A DNA stretch of 28,461 nucleotides, taken from NCBI GenBank assembly GCA_038883855.1, contig JAVZLH010000014.1, forward strand, positions 1 to 28,461, written 5' to 3'. Position 1 is the first letter of the stretch. The number at the start of each line of letters is the position of its first letter. A model generated the notes under the pieces. It did no database searches, was not told where the DNA came from, and saw only the letters and a list, made by a program, of their open reading frames with translations. Both the position numbers and the translations under genes were made by a program. This document shows, one piece after another, positions 16,766-26,309 of this stretch. The DNA is from Candidatus Bathyarchaeia archaeon. GTDB taxonomy: Archaea; Thermoproteota; Bathyarchaeia; Bathyarchaeales; Bathycorpusculaceae.

Positions 16766-19700
16766 TTGGTTGAAATTTCAGGAGATAACGTTTATCCATT
16801 GTTGAAAGCGTTCTTTAAAGAGAAGGGGCTGGTGCGTCAACACTTAGACTCTTACAACGAGTTCATAGACCATGGCTTGCAAGAGGTAATAGACGAAGTT
16901 GGCGAGATTCCAATAGAGGTTCCAGAAAGCCCCTACAAGGTCAAACTTGGACAAGTTTGGATAATAGACCCTCAAACTAGGATAACTGGACCATACACAA
17001 CTGAGGTGGACGGTACGAAACACGAGATTTACCCGATGGAGGCTAGGCTTAGAAACTTAACCTACGCTGCGCCCATAGCTCTTGAAATGACGCCCATAAT
17101 AGACGGCAGAGAACAAGACACTGAGCTCGTCTATATCGGTAACATTCCAGTAATGCTAAAATCAAAACTCTGCTTCCTATCGCAGCTTTCAAGAGAGGAA
17201 CTAATAGCGTGCGGAGAAGACCCGGATGATCCTGGCGGCTACTTTATAGTGAACGGTTCAGAACGTGTAATTGTAGCCATGGAAGACTTGGCTCCCAACC
17301 GCGTAATAGTTGACATAGACGATAAGGGAGCAACACCAGTTTACCAAGCCAAAATATTTTCAACGACGGTTGGATTTAGAGCGCGCATAGAACTGAAAAT
17401 GAAGTCTGACGGAGCACTGTATGTTTCGGTGCCAGGCGTGCCCACAGAAATTCCCTTTGTGATTTTGATGCGTGCCCTCGGCTTAGAATCAGACAAGGAA
17501 ATAGCTGAAGCCGTCTCGCTTGACAAGGAAATACAAAGTGAACTTGACCCCTCTTTTGAGAAGGCAGTGGGTGTTGACACTCCACAAGACGCCATACTAT
17601 TCATCGGAAACCGTGTAGCCCACGGACAAATCGAAGAATACCGCATCCAAAAGGCTGAAGCAGCCATCGACAAAAACTTTCTGCCCCACATAGGGCGAAC
17701 AAGCGAAAGCAGAAGAGACAAAGCCATATTCCTCGGCGAAATGGCTTGCAGAGTTATAGAGCTTAAACTTGGAAGGAGAGGACAAGACGACAAAGACCAC
17801 TTCAAAAACAAGCGATTAAGGCTTGCCGGACCATTGCTCGCAGACTTATTTAGAGTTGCCTTCAGAAATCTCGTCAGAGACATAAAATACCAGCTTGAAC
17901 GCATAGGAGTGAAAGGTCCAATAATCACAGTTTCTGCGGCTGTCCGCCCGGGAATAATAACTGAACGGTTCCAGCATGCTCTTGCAACTGGAAACTGGGG
18001 CAGGGGAAGGGTCGGTATAACTCAGCTTCTGGACAGGACAAACCACCTCTCCACCCTAAGCCACCTACGCAGACTCCAATCACCGTTAAGCCGAAGCCAG
18101 CCCAATTTTGAGGCAAGAGACCTGCACCCAACCCACTGGGGACGCTTATGCCCAAACGAGACTCCGGAAGGCTCCAACTGTGGCTTAGTGAAGAACCTAG
18201 CCTTATCCGCGTGCATTTCTGTTGGCGTAAACCCGGAGAAAATAAAGCAGATTATTTTCAGCATGGGAGTAACTCCAATAAACGAGGCAAATGAATCAAT
18301 GAAACTTTCAGCGGCAAAAGTTTTCATAGATGGAAACATTGTGGGCTATTGCAATGCGCCGGAGAAACTCGTAAAGGAGTTTAGGGAAAGAAGGAGAACA
18401 GGTGAAATTTCAAACGAAGTGAACATAGCCTACTTCTCGAAGCCCCAAGACAAAAGGGGAGAAATTTACGTTAACTGTGATGAGGGAAGGGTTAGACGCC
18501 CTCTCATAATAATTGAAAATGGCGTTCCAAAACTTCAGCCGGAGCACATTGAAAAAGTTGCCTCGGGAGAATGGTCTTGGGAAGACTTGGTCAAAAACAG
18601 TATAATAGAGTATTTAGACGCTGAGGAAGAGGAAAACGCTTACATCGCCATGACCCCGGAGGAAGTTTCTCCTGAACACACTCATATGGAAATAGCAGCC
18701 TACACTATTCTCGGAATATGCGCCTCAACAATTCCCTATCCAGAACACAACCAGTCACCCCGCAACTCTTACCAAGCTGCGATGGCGAAACAAGCCCTAG
18801 GCGTTTACGCCACAAACTTCCATCAGCGCGTAGACTCAAGGTCTCACATTTTGCATTACCCGCAGGTACCGCTGGTGGAGACAAAATTAATGGAGATAAT
18901 GGGGTATAAACTGCGTCCTTCAGGGCAAAACTGCATAGTTGCGGTGCTTTCCTTCGAAGGCTACAACATGGAAGACGCTTTAATCTTCAACAAAGCATCC
19001 ATAGAAAGGGGTTTAGCCCGCTCAACTTTCTACAGAATATACGAGGCTGAATGCCGCCAATACCTCGGCGGATTAAAAGACAAATTCACTGTGCCTGAAC
19101 CTGGAACGCGGGGATACAGAGGTGAACAGTATTATAGGCTTCTTGAACCCGACGGCATAGTGAGTTTGGAAGCAGCAGTTTCAGGCGGAGATGTTTTAGT
19201 TGGAAGAATCAGCCCGCCAAGATTCTTGGAGGAGTATAAGGAGTTTGAAGTGAGGGGTCCGTCGATGCGGGACACCTCCGTTGACATGCGCCCCTCTGAA
19301 ACAGGGATTGTTGACGCAATTTTCATAACGGAATCTGGGGAAGGAAGCAAACTCGTAAAGGTTAGGGTGAGAGACCAGCGTATTCCAGAGTTAGGCGACA
19401 AGTTTGCCTCCCGCCACGGACAGAAAGGAGTTATAGGAAGAATTGTTCCGCAGGAGGATATGCCCTTCACAGAAGATGGCATTGTTCCAGACATAATAAT
19501 CAATCCCCACGCGATTCCTTCCAGAATGACAATAGGTCAGTTCATAGAGTCGATAGCTGGAAAAGCTGCTGCCCTCCGAGGAAAGCCAGTTGATGGAACA
19601 CCTTTCGCGAACGAAAAACCAGAAGAACTTAGAAAAGCTCTTGTCAAGCTGGGCTTCAGCCATACTGGCAGCGAAGTTTTCTATAGTGGTGTAACTGGCG

Positions 19701-20131
19701 AAAAGTTTGTTGCAGACGTTTTTGTTGGAGTAGTTTACTATCAGAAGCTGCATCACATGGTCGCAGACAAGATTCACGCTAGGGCAAGGGGACAAGTGCA
19801 GATGTTGACAAGACAACCCACGGAAGGAAGAGCTAGGGGCGGCGGGCTTAGGTTCGGAGAGATGGAACGTGACTGCCTTATTGGGCATGGAGCGGCAATG
19901 CTTTTAAGAGACAGACTTTTGGAGGAGTCGGACAAATACACGCTTTATGTATGTGAAAACTGCGGCTTTATAGCCTACTTCGACATGAAGCAGAGAAAAT
20001 ACGTGTGTAGACTCTGTGAGGATAAAGCCAAAATCTCTCCCGTAATAGTCTCTTATGCTTTTAAGCTCCTCTTACAAGAGCTAATGAGCCTTTGTGTGGC
20101 TCCAAAATTAAAACTTAAGGAGAAAGCGTAA
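16766..20131 (+). CDS. rpo2: RNA polymerase subunit Rpo2 (B), unsplit
   Basis: GGYFIVNGSE, ETPEG.NCGLVKN, GYNMED, GDKFASRHGQKG, GGLRFGEMERD, C-terminal Zn ribbon. Confidence 0.99.
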   Translation: MVEISGDNVYPLLKAFFKEKGLVRQHLDSYNEFIDHGLQEVIDEVGEIPIEVPESPYKVKLGQVWIIDPQTRITGPYTTEVDGTKHEIYPMEARLRNLTYAAPIALEMTPIIDGREQDTELVYIGNIPVMLKSKLCFLSQLSREELIACGEDPDDPGGYFIVNGSERVIVAMEDLAPNRVIVDIDDKGATPVYQAKIFSTTVGFRARIELKMKSDGALYVSVPGVPTEIPFVILMRALGLESDKEIAEAVSLDKEIQSELDPSFEKAVGVDTPQDAILFIGNRVAHGQIEEYRIQKAEAAIDKNFLPHIGRTSESRRDKAIFLGEMACRVIELKLGRRGQDDKDHFKNKRLRLAGPLLADLFRVAFRNLVRDIKYQLERIGVKGPIITVSAAVRPGIITERFQHALATGNWGRGRVGITQLLDRTNHLSTLSHLRRLQSPLSRSQPNFEARDLHPTHWGRLCPNETPEGSNCGLVKNLALSACISVGVNPEKIKQIIFSMGVTPINEANESMKLSAAKVFIDGNIVGYCNAPEKLVKEFRERRRTGEISNEVNIAYFSKPQDKRGEIYVNCDEGRVRRPLIIIENGVPKLQPEHIEKVASGEWSWEDLVKNSIIEYLDAEEEENAYIAMTPEEVSPEHTHMEIAAYTILGICASTIPYPEHNQSPRNSYQAAMAKQALGVYATNFHQRVDSRSHILHYPQVPLVETKLMEIMGYKLRPSGQNCIVAVLSFEGYNMEDALIFNKASIERGLARSTFYRIYEAECRQYLGGLKDKFTVPEPGTRGYRGEQYYRLLEPDGIVSLEAAVSGGDVLVGRISPPRFLEEYKEFEVRGPSMRDTSVDMRPSETGIVDAIFITESGEGSKLVKVRVRDQRIPELGDKFASRHGQKGVIGRIVPQEDMPFTEDGIVPDIIINPHAIPSRMTIGQFIESIAGKAAALRGKPVDGTPFANEKPEELRKALVKLGFSHTGSEVFYSGVTGEKFVADVFVGVVYYQKLHHMVADKIHARARGQVQMLTRQPTEGRARGGGLRFGEMERDCLIGHGAAMLLRDRLLEESDKYTLYVCENCGFIAYFDMKQRKYVCRLCEDKAKISPVIVSYAFKLLLQELMSLCVAPKLKLKEKA

Positions 20132-20132
20132 C

Positions 20133-23100
20133 ATGGCTGTTGAAGAAATAGTTCACAAAGTTGTTGACGAAATCTCCTTCGGTTTAATCTCTCCGCAAGA
20201 TATACGCAGACTCTCAGTTGTGGAAATCCAGACACCAGACACCTATGATGAAGACGGCGCGCCAATCACCGCTGGACTTATGGATGGTAGACTCGGAACC
20301 CTCGAACCTAGGCAAAGATGCAAAACATGCGGGAATACGGCCGCACGCTGCCCAGGGCACTTCGGTCACATAGAACTTGCGGTTCCAATAATCCACATTG
20401 AATTTGCAAAGATAATTTATGATCTTTTAAGGGCAACTTGCCGCAACTGCGGGCGCATTCTTCTTCCAGACGAAACCATAAAGAAGACCAAAGCAAGAAT
20501 TGCTAAGATTCGCCAACTTTTAGGTGTGGTTCCAGACGAGGTTTACAAGGGAGTTATCCAAGAAGCAAAGACTAAGCAGTGTCCCCATTGTGGAGCAATC
20601 CAGTACAAGATAGTTTTTGAGAAACCGACAAAATTCACGGAGCAAATTCCGGAAAGCGGAGCGGAACCCTTAACGGCCAGCATGGTTCGGGAAAGGCTTG
20701 AACGTATACCGGATGAAGACCTTGAACTTTTAGGATTTAACCCGAAAACGGCGCGTCCAGAATGGATGGTTCTCCAAGTGTTACCTGTCCCGCCAGTCTA
20801 CGTTCGTCCGTCGATTACGCTTGAATCTGGCATCCGTTCAGAAGACGACCTTACCCACAAACTTGTGGACATAATCCGCATCAACCAGAGGCTTAAAGAA
20901 AACATGGATGCGGGCGCTCCAACCCTCATAATTCAAGATTTGTCTGAGCTTCTACAATATCACGTAACAACATACTTCAACAACGAAGCTTCAGGTATAC
21001 CTCCTGCAAGACACCGCTCTGGAAGAGCTTTGAAGACGCTTGCGCAAAGGTTGAAGGGAAAAGAGGGCAGGTTCAGAAGCAACCTTTCAGGGAAAAGGGT
21101 GGACTTTTCCGCTCGAACAGTAATTTCTCCAGATCCAAACCTTGATATAAACGAAGTTGGCGTTCCACTTGATGTTGCCATGCGTTTATCCGTCCCGGAA
21201 AAAGTTACAGAATGGAACCTTGAAGAAATGCGAAAACTAGTCTTAAATGGACCTGAGAAATATCCAGGCGCACTATATATTATCAGGCCAGACGGGAAAC
21301 GAATAAGACTTGAGTTTGTGGTTGACAGAACAAAGATTGCTGAGGCTTTGGAGCCGGGTTTCATTGTTGAAAGACACCTCAAAAACGGGGACATAGCCAT
21401 TTTTAACCGTCAGCCTTCACTTCACAGAATGTCCATAATGGCGCATTACGTGCGTGTTCTTCCATACAAAACCTTCCGTCTACACCTCTGCGTGTGCCCA
21501 CCCTACAACGCTGACTTCGATGGAGACGAAATGAACTTACATATCCCACAAAGCGAAGAAGCCAGAACCGAGGCTTTACTCTTAATGCAAGTTCAAGACC
21601 AAATACTTTCACCGAGGTTTGGCGGTCCAATAATAGGCGCCATCCGCGACTTCATAACCGCCGCTTACCTCTTCACAAGAAAATCAAACTACTTGACAAA
21701 GGACGAAGTTAGCAGACTTCTTGTTGCTGCCGGATATGAGGGCCCGCTTCCAGAACCCAAAATTAAGGAGCCCCAGCCGCTTTGGACCGGTAAACAGATT
21801 TTTAGTCTTTTCCTGCCGAAAGACATGAACTATGTTTTAAGGGCGAATATTTGTCAAGGATGCGATAAATGCCTCGAAGAAAAATGCCCGCACGATGCCT
21901 ACGTTGTTGTTAAAAACGGTGAACTTGTTTCCGGAGTAATAGATAGACGTTCAATAGGCGCAGAACAGTCTGAAAGCCTTCTTCACAGAATAGTGAAAGA
22001 TTACGGAACGAAGGCTGGACGTGACTTCCTAAACAAAATAACAAGGTTGTTAAAACTTTTCCTAACCATGAGAGGCTTCACCTATTCCTACAATGAACTT
22101 GTTTTGTCTCCAAGAGCTGAAGAAAGAATAAATAAAGTGATGGAGAGGGTTCAAAAGAAGATAGGAGAGCTTATAGAAAGCTACCGTAACGGCACCTTAC
22201 CCGGACTTCCCGGACAAACCCTTGAGGAATCGTTTGAAATCTACGTCATGAACGAACTAGCCAATGCAAGAGATGAAGCTGGAAAAATCGCTGACGAAGA
22301 CTTCACCTTGGAGAATTCTGGCATAGTGATGACGCGGACAGGTGCGAGGGGTTCAAGCCTAAACATTGGGCAGATGAGCGCCTGTGTTGGACAACAGTCG
22401 GTTCGTGGAAAAAGGATTTTGAGAGGATACATGGATCGAGCTCTTCCCCATTTTAAACCAGGCGATCCAAGCCCAAGAGCAAGGGGTTTCGTCTACTCTT
22501 CGTATGAGAGAGGGTTAGATGCTATTGAATTCTTCTTCCACGCTATGGGAGGCCGCGAAGGACTCGTGGACACAGCTGTCAGAACACAACAAAGCGGCTA
22601 TATGCAGAGGAGGTTAATTAACGCCCTTGAACACATCAAACTGGAGTATGATGGAACAGTTAGGAACTCAGCTGGAGACATAATCCAGTTTAGATACGGC
22701 GAAGACGGTGTTGACCCGGCTAAAAGCGACCATGGAAAAGCCGTTAACGTAAGTCGGCTCATTGAACAGATAAAAATAGCTGAAGAAGGTGGGGAACCAG
22801 CGTCTGATGAGGAAATTAAGAAGCAATTGAAAGAAGTTGAAAGCGAACTCACACCCCTGCTTATAGATGAACTCAAACAAGGCTTGGCGAAAGCTAAACT
22901 AAGCAAGAAAGGCGTGGAAAAAGCAATCAAATTGACGGTTGAACACTACAAACGCGCTTTGATGGAGCCGGGCGAAGCCGTGGGCATAGTTACCGCCCAA
23001 TCAATAGGTGAGCCAGGCACACAGATGACCCTGAGAACATTCCACTATGCTGGGGTTAGGGAGCAGAACGTGACCTTGGGTTTGCCAAGGCTTATAGAAA

Positions 23101-23954
23101 TTGTTGACGCTAGGAGGGTTCCATCCACGCCCATAATGACGATATATCTCACTGAAGAGTATAGGAAAAGCAGAGAAGCAGCTGTTAAGATAGCGCGTAA
23201 CATAATTTACACGACAATGGAGGATTTGGCAGAGGCAATTTACGAAGATCCAATGAATGAGGAAATAGTGGTGGAACTTAACAAGACAATGATGGAGGAC
23301 AGACAAATAACCATAGACGAACTTAAGGAAAAACTGCAGATACCAAACTGCTCTGTGAAATTGAAGGGAAGCAAAGTACATATAAAGCCCAAGAAAGGAG
23401 CTTCCCTAAGTAAACTACTTGACAAGGTTTCGTCATTCTACATTAAAGGAGTACCGGGCATAAAGCGAGTATTGGTTACCGAAGAACATGGGGAATGGGT
23501 TATAAGAACAGACGGCTCAAACTTACCTAAAGTTTTGGAAATCGGTGGAGTCGACACTTCAAGAACGACGACAAACAACATTCACGAAATAGCTAAAACC
23601 CTTGGGATAGAGGCTGCACGCAACGCTTTAATCTACGAAGCAAAAAGTGTTTTGGAAGAGCAGGGTTTAGACGTTGATGTCCGCCACGTTATGCTTGTGG
23701 CTGACATGATGACTTCCACCGGCGAAGTGCAGCAGATAGGAAGGCATGGTATAAGCGGCAAAAAGTCAAGCGTCCTAGCTAGGGCTGCCTTCGAAATAAC
23801 TGTTCCAAACATTGTGGACGCAGCTGTTAAAGGCGAAAGTGACCCGTTGGAAGGCGTAACCGAAAACGTTATAGTTGGGCAGTCAATACCAATTGGCACG
23901 GGGCTCGTTGAACTCTACATGTCAACGTTTGAGCAACAAGGGGAGAACAAGTGA
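20133..23954 (+). CDS. rpo1: RNA polymerase subunit Rpo1, fused A'+A''
   Basis: CPGHFGHI, NADFDGD, GGREGLVDTA, then in the same frame AQSIGEPGTQMTLRTFHYAG and GTG. Confidence 0.99.
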   Translation: MAVEEIVHKVVDEISFGLISPQDIRRLSVVEIQTPDTYDEDGAPITAGLMDGRLGTLEPRQRCKTCGNTAARCPGHFGHIELAVPIIHIEFAKIIYDLLRATCRNCGRILLPDETIKKTKARIAKIRQLLGVVPDEVYKGVIQEAKTKQCPHCGAIQYKIVFEKPTKFTEQIPESGAEPLTASMVRERLERIPDEDLELLGFNPKTARPEWMVLQVLPVPPVYVRPSITLESGIRSEDDLTHKLVDIIRINQRLKENMDAGAPTLIIQDLSELLQYHVTTYFNNEASGIPPARHRSGRALKTLAQRLKGKEGRFRSNLSGKRVDFSARTVISPDPNLDINEVGVPLDVAMRLSVPEKVTEWNLEEMRKLVLNGPEKYPGALYIIRPDGKRIRLEFVVDRTKIAEALEPGFIVERHLKNGDIAIFNRQPSLHRMSIMAHYVRVLPYKTFRLHLCVCPPYNADFDGDEMNLHIPQSEEARTEALLLMQVQDQILSPRFGGPIIGAIRDFITAAYLFTRKSNYLTKDEVSRLLVAAGYEGPLPEPKIKEPQPLWTGKQIFSLFLPKDMNYVLRANICQGCDKCLEEKCPHDAYVVVKNGELVSGVIDRRSIGAEQSESLLHRIVKDYGTKAGRDFLNKITRLLKLFLTMRGFTYSYNELVLSPRAEERINKVMERVQKKIGELIESYRNGTLPGLPGQTLEESFEIYVMNELANARDEAGKIADEDFTLENSGIVMTRTGARGSSLNIGQMSACVGQQSVRGKRILRGYMDRALPHFKPGDPSPRARGFVYSSYERGLDAIEFFFHAMGGREGLVDTAVRTQQSGYMQRRLINALEHIKLEYDGTVRNSAGDIIQFRYGEDGVDPAKSDHGKAVNVSRLIEQIKIAEEGGEPASDEEIKKQLKEVESELTPLLIDELKQGLAKAKLSKKGVEKAIKLTVEHYKRALMEPGEAVGIVTAQSIGEPGTQMTLRTFHYAGVREQNVTLGLPRLIEIVDARRVPSTPIMTIYLTEEYRKSREAAVKIARNIIYTTMEDLAEAIYEDPMNEEIVVELNKTMMEDRQITIDELKEKLQIPNCSVKLKGSKVHIKPKKGASLSKLLDKVSSFYIKGVPGIKRVLVTEEHGEWVIRTDGSNLPKVLEIGGVDTSRTTTNNIHEIAKTLGIEAARNALIYEAKSVLEEQGLDVDVRHVMLVADMMTSTGEVQQIGRHGISGKKSSVLARAAFEITVPNIVDAAVKGESDPLEGVTENVIVGQSIPIGTGLVELYMSTFEQQGENK

Positions 23955-24286
23955 TAGACATAGACAAGGCAATTTCCACGGCCGTTAAAACTGGAAAAGT
24001 GTTTTTTGGGGCTAACTCCGCCATACAAAGCGCCAAAACTGGAAGGGCTAAACTTATTGTTCTGTCCTCAAACTGTCCCAAGGCAGTTAAGGAAGACATA
24101 GAATACTACTGTAAGCTTTCAAAAATTCCAGTAATAACCTATAAAGGATCATCTCTCGATTTGGCGGCTTTATGTGGAAAACCCTTCGCTGTTTCGGCGT
24201 TAAGTATAAGAGAGCCCGGCGATTCAGAAATTCTTAGATTAGTGGAAAATGTTGAATCTAAAGAACCTATTGGAGGAAGCGAATGA
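23951..24286 (+). CDS. rpl30e: 50S ribosomal protein L30e
   Basis: AVKTGKV.FG, SNCP, LCGKPF.VS, PGDSEIL. Confidence 0.97.
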   Translation: MIDIDKAISTAVKTGKVFFGANSAIQSAKTGRAKLIVLSSNCPKAVKEDIEYYCKLSKIPVITYKGSSLDLAALCGKPFAVSALSIREPGDSEILRLVENVESKEPIGGSE

Positions 24287-24720
24287 CTAGTGGAATAAAA
24301 TTCACAGGGACAGAAATGCGTTATATTGCTTTGTTTGAGAGCATAAGCGGCGCAAGTGTCAAAGATTGCATAATTGATGAGGAACAGGGACGCGTAATCT
24401 TGGTTGTTAATGAGGGTCAAGTTGGCGTCGCCATTGGAAAGGGCGGGAGAAACATAAGAATTTTAGAGAGGATGACTGGGAAAAAGCATGAGATAATTGA
24501 GTATTCAGAAGACCCTGTTCAGTTTATTAAGAACGCCCTTAAACCCGCTAATGTCAAAGAGGTTCGCTTAATCCAGAAGACTGATGGAAAAACAATTGCT
24601 GTTGTAACTGTTAATCCAAAAGACAAGGGTGTCGCCATAGGGAAGAACGGCAAAAATGCTGAACGCCTACGTTTCTTGGCTAAACGATACTTTCAAATAC
24701 AAAATGTAAGCATAACGTAA
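24283..24720 (+). CDS. nusA: Archaeal NusA (two KH domains)
   Basis: Two AIGK.G KH motifs; position after L30e. Confidence 0.96.
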   Translation: MTSGIKFTGTEMRYIALFESISGASVKDCIIDEEQGRVILVVNEGQVGVAIGKGGRNIRILERMTGKKHEIIEYSEDPVQFIKNALKPANVKEVRLIQKTDGKTIAVVTVNPKDKGVAIGKNGKNAERLRFLAKRYFQIQNVSIT

Positions 24721-24740
24721 CAAGGGATTTAGGATTTAGA

Positions 24741-24917
24741 ATGAAAGCTAGAAGCGCACTAGCTCTTTGTTTGATGCTGTTTTTTTCTTGTGGCAAGGTT
24801 GTCGGCGCCTCCGAAGAGCCTTTCACGGAGCAGTTTCTCGGCAGTCCTCTGCTTGTTTTAACAGCCATAATAATCATTGACATAATGGCCCTAATTTACC
24901 GTAAAATAAGGAGATGA
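24741..24917 (+). CDS. Small (58 aa) membrane protein with signal-like N-terminus and C-terminal TM plus basic tail, not in ORF track
   Basis: MKARSALALCLMLFFSCGKVVGASEEPFTEQFLGSPLLVLTAIIIIDIMALIYRKIRR*. Confidence 0.6.
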   Translation: MKARSALALCLMLFFSCGKVVGASEEPFTEQFLGSPLLVLTAIIIIDIMALIYRKIRR

Positions 24918-24921
24918 AATT

Positions 24922-25518
24922 TTATTCGCTTTGAGTTTCGCCCTTTAAAAGCAAGTCTGCAAGCGCTTTCTGGTCAACTTCCGCGCGGGTTCTCCAATCC
25001 AAGTATAATTGCTCGTTTTCGTCTTGGGTAAGGTATCCATAACGAATGTAGCGGTCAATGTTTAAGCCCACCTTCCACCCGGGCAGCTTATCTCGCAAAA
25101 GTTCTTCCACTTCTTTCCGCGGTGCTTTCCCCTTCTTTGATATTATGTATGCAATTGTTATGGCTAAGCCTGCCAAGTCGTCTATTCGCCACCCAATCAT
25201 CTTCGCTTCTTTGGGCGTCAAGTCTCCTCTTAGGGTTAAGTAGAATCTGGCTTTGTCCAACTGCTCCAAAGTTGGCTTCTCAACTGGTTTTTCCTCTTCA
25301 AAAACAGTCTTAACTTGCAAGTCAAGCGGTTTAAGGTAATTATCCAGTATGCTTAAAACTTTTGGGTAGTCTGCGCCCAAGGCTTTGCGAAGTTCCCAGC
25401 CTTTTACTCCTGGTTTTTTGTGTCTTCGGTAGAAGAGCATATGGGTTGCCCTTTTCATTTTGCTGGCATAGTAGGCTTTTCTTTTGCTCACTTTGACTTG
25501 CTTTTCCACTTTTGCCAC
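24922..25518 (-). CDS. KITE (tandem winged-helix) protein, Nse1/Nse3(MAGE)/ScpB-like
   Basis: Two WH-sized halves; GLAITIAYIISKKGK...EELL, IDRYIRYGYL, LDWRTRAE resemble MAGE/Nse3 WH-B; third gene of the SMC operon. Confidence 0.7.
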   Translation of the reverse strand: MAKVEKQVKVSKRKAYYASKMKRATHMLFYRRHKKPGVKGWELRKALGADYPKVLSILDNYLKPLDLQVKTVFEEEKPVEKPTLEQLDKARFYLTLRGDLTPKEAKMIGWRIDDLAGLAITIAYIISKKGKAPRKEVEELLRDKLPGWKVGLNIDRYIRYGYLTQDENEQLYLDWRTRAEVDQKALADLLLKGETQSE

Positions 25519-26309
25519 TCTTCCACGGTCACAGCTATCGGTATGGAAACCAGCTGTTTTTTCGTGGTTTTTGCTGGTTTTTCCACGGGTTTGATGAATA
25601 TTTCCTCTTCTAACGGGCGGATTTCCAATGTTGCATAACCGTATGTGATTAGAAAGCTTGTCATAAAGGCCCTGTGAACTGTTTCCTCGTAGGTTTCTGC
25701 GCCTACAAAGTCCCAGTATCTAATTTTTCCTTCCACACCTTTCTCCGCTACTTTATTTTTTAGCTCTTGCCAAAAGCTTTCCAATTCCTCTGAAAATGCT
25801 TTGTCACGTAGAATTCTTTCCCTAATCAGTTCTTCCCGCGTTGCTGAACCAGCAGCAACTTCGGGTTGAGCAAACTCTTTCCACCTCTCTTTAAGTGGCA
25901 GTAGGTTTTCCCAGTATTTTATGGATTCAATTAGGCTGTGGAGAGATATTTGCTCAAGCTCAACTATGGGGTGCCAAGCCTTAAGAAAAACTCTGACCAT
26001 TTCATCTTTGTCCATGCGCGTTATCTTCTCTTCTAAAAGGAATGGGTCTGTGTAGAGGGATGTTGAACGGTGTTTAACCCATTCGCTTTGAAGCTTTATA
26101 ACAGAAGCTAGGCGATGTATGGCTTCAGCGTCTAGGCATAGGTCTTCTGGCAGTTCCCATTCTGGAAAATACTCTCTTACCACAGCGATAATTTGGTCAA
26201 CATCCACAAGGAAAGGGTCTAAGGAACGCTCCTCAATAGAACGGCACATTTCAATTATTCTCTGAAGCTTTTCTCTGCCGATCTTCACCTTTTCCCTTTT
26301 TGAAGACAT
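25488..26309 (-). CDS. Kleisin (ScpA/Nse4-like)
   Basis: N-terminal LDPFLVDV...DL....A....A..IKLQSE (ScpA-type); C-terminal WH IRYWDFV....EETV..AF..SFLI..G (Nse4-type). Confidence 0.78.
   Translation of the reverse strand: MSSKREKVKIGREKLQRIIEMCRSIEERSLDPFLVDVDQIIAVVREYFPEWELPEDLCLDAEAIHRLASVIKLQSEWVKHRSTSLYTDPFLLEEKITRMDKDEMVRVFLKAWHPIVELEQISLHSLIESIKYWENLLPLKERWKEFAQPEVAAGSATREELIRERILRDKAFSEELESFWQELKNKVAEKGVEGKIRYWDFVGAETYEETVHRAFMTSFLITYGYATLEIRPLEEEIFIKPVEKPAKTTKKQLVSIPIAVTVEEWQKWKSKSK

Noticed and set aside
17341-23899. Many antisense ORFs inside rpo2/rpo1, and similar ones in lig, nadA and SMC
   Set aside because: Shadow frames of highly conserved genes with no motifs
16766-23954. 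Inteins in RNA polymerase subunits
   Set aside because: Lengths are normal; no insertion with C...HN splice motifs
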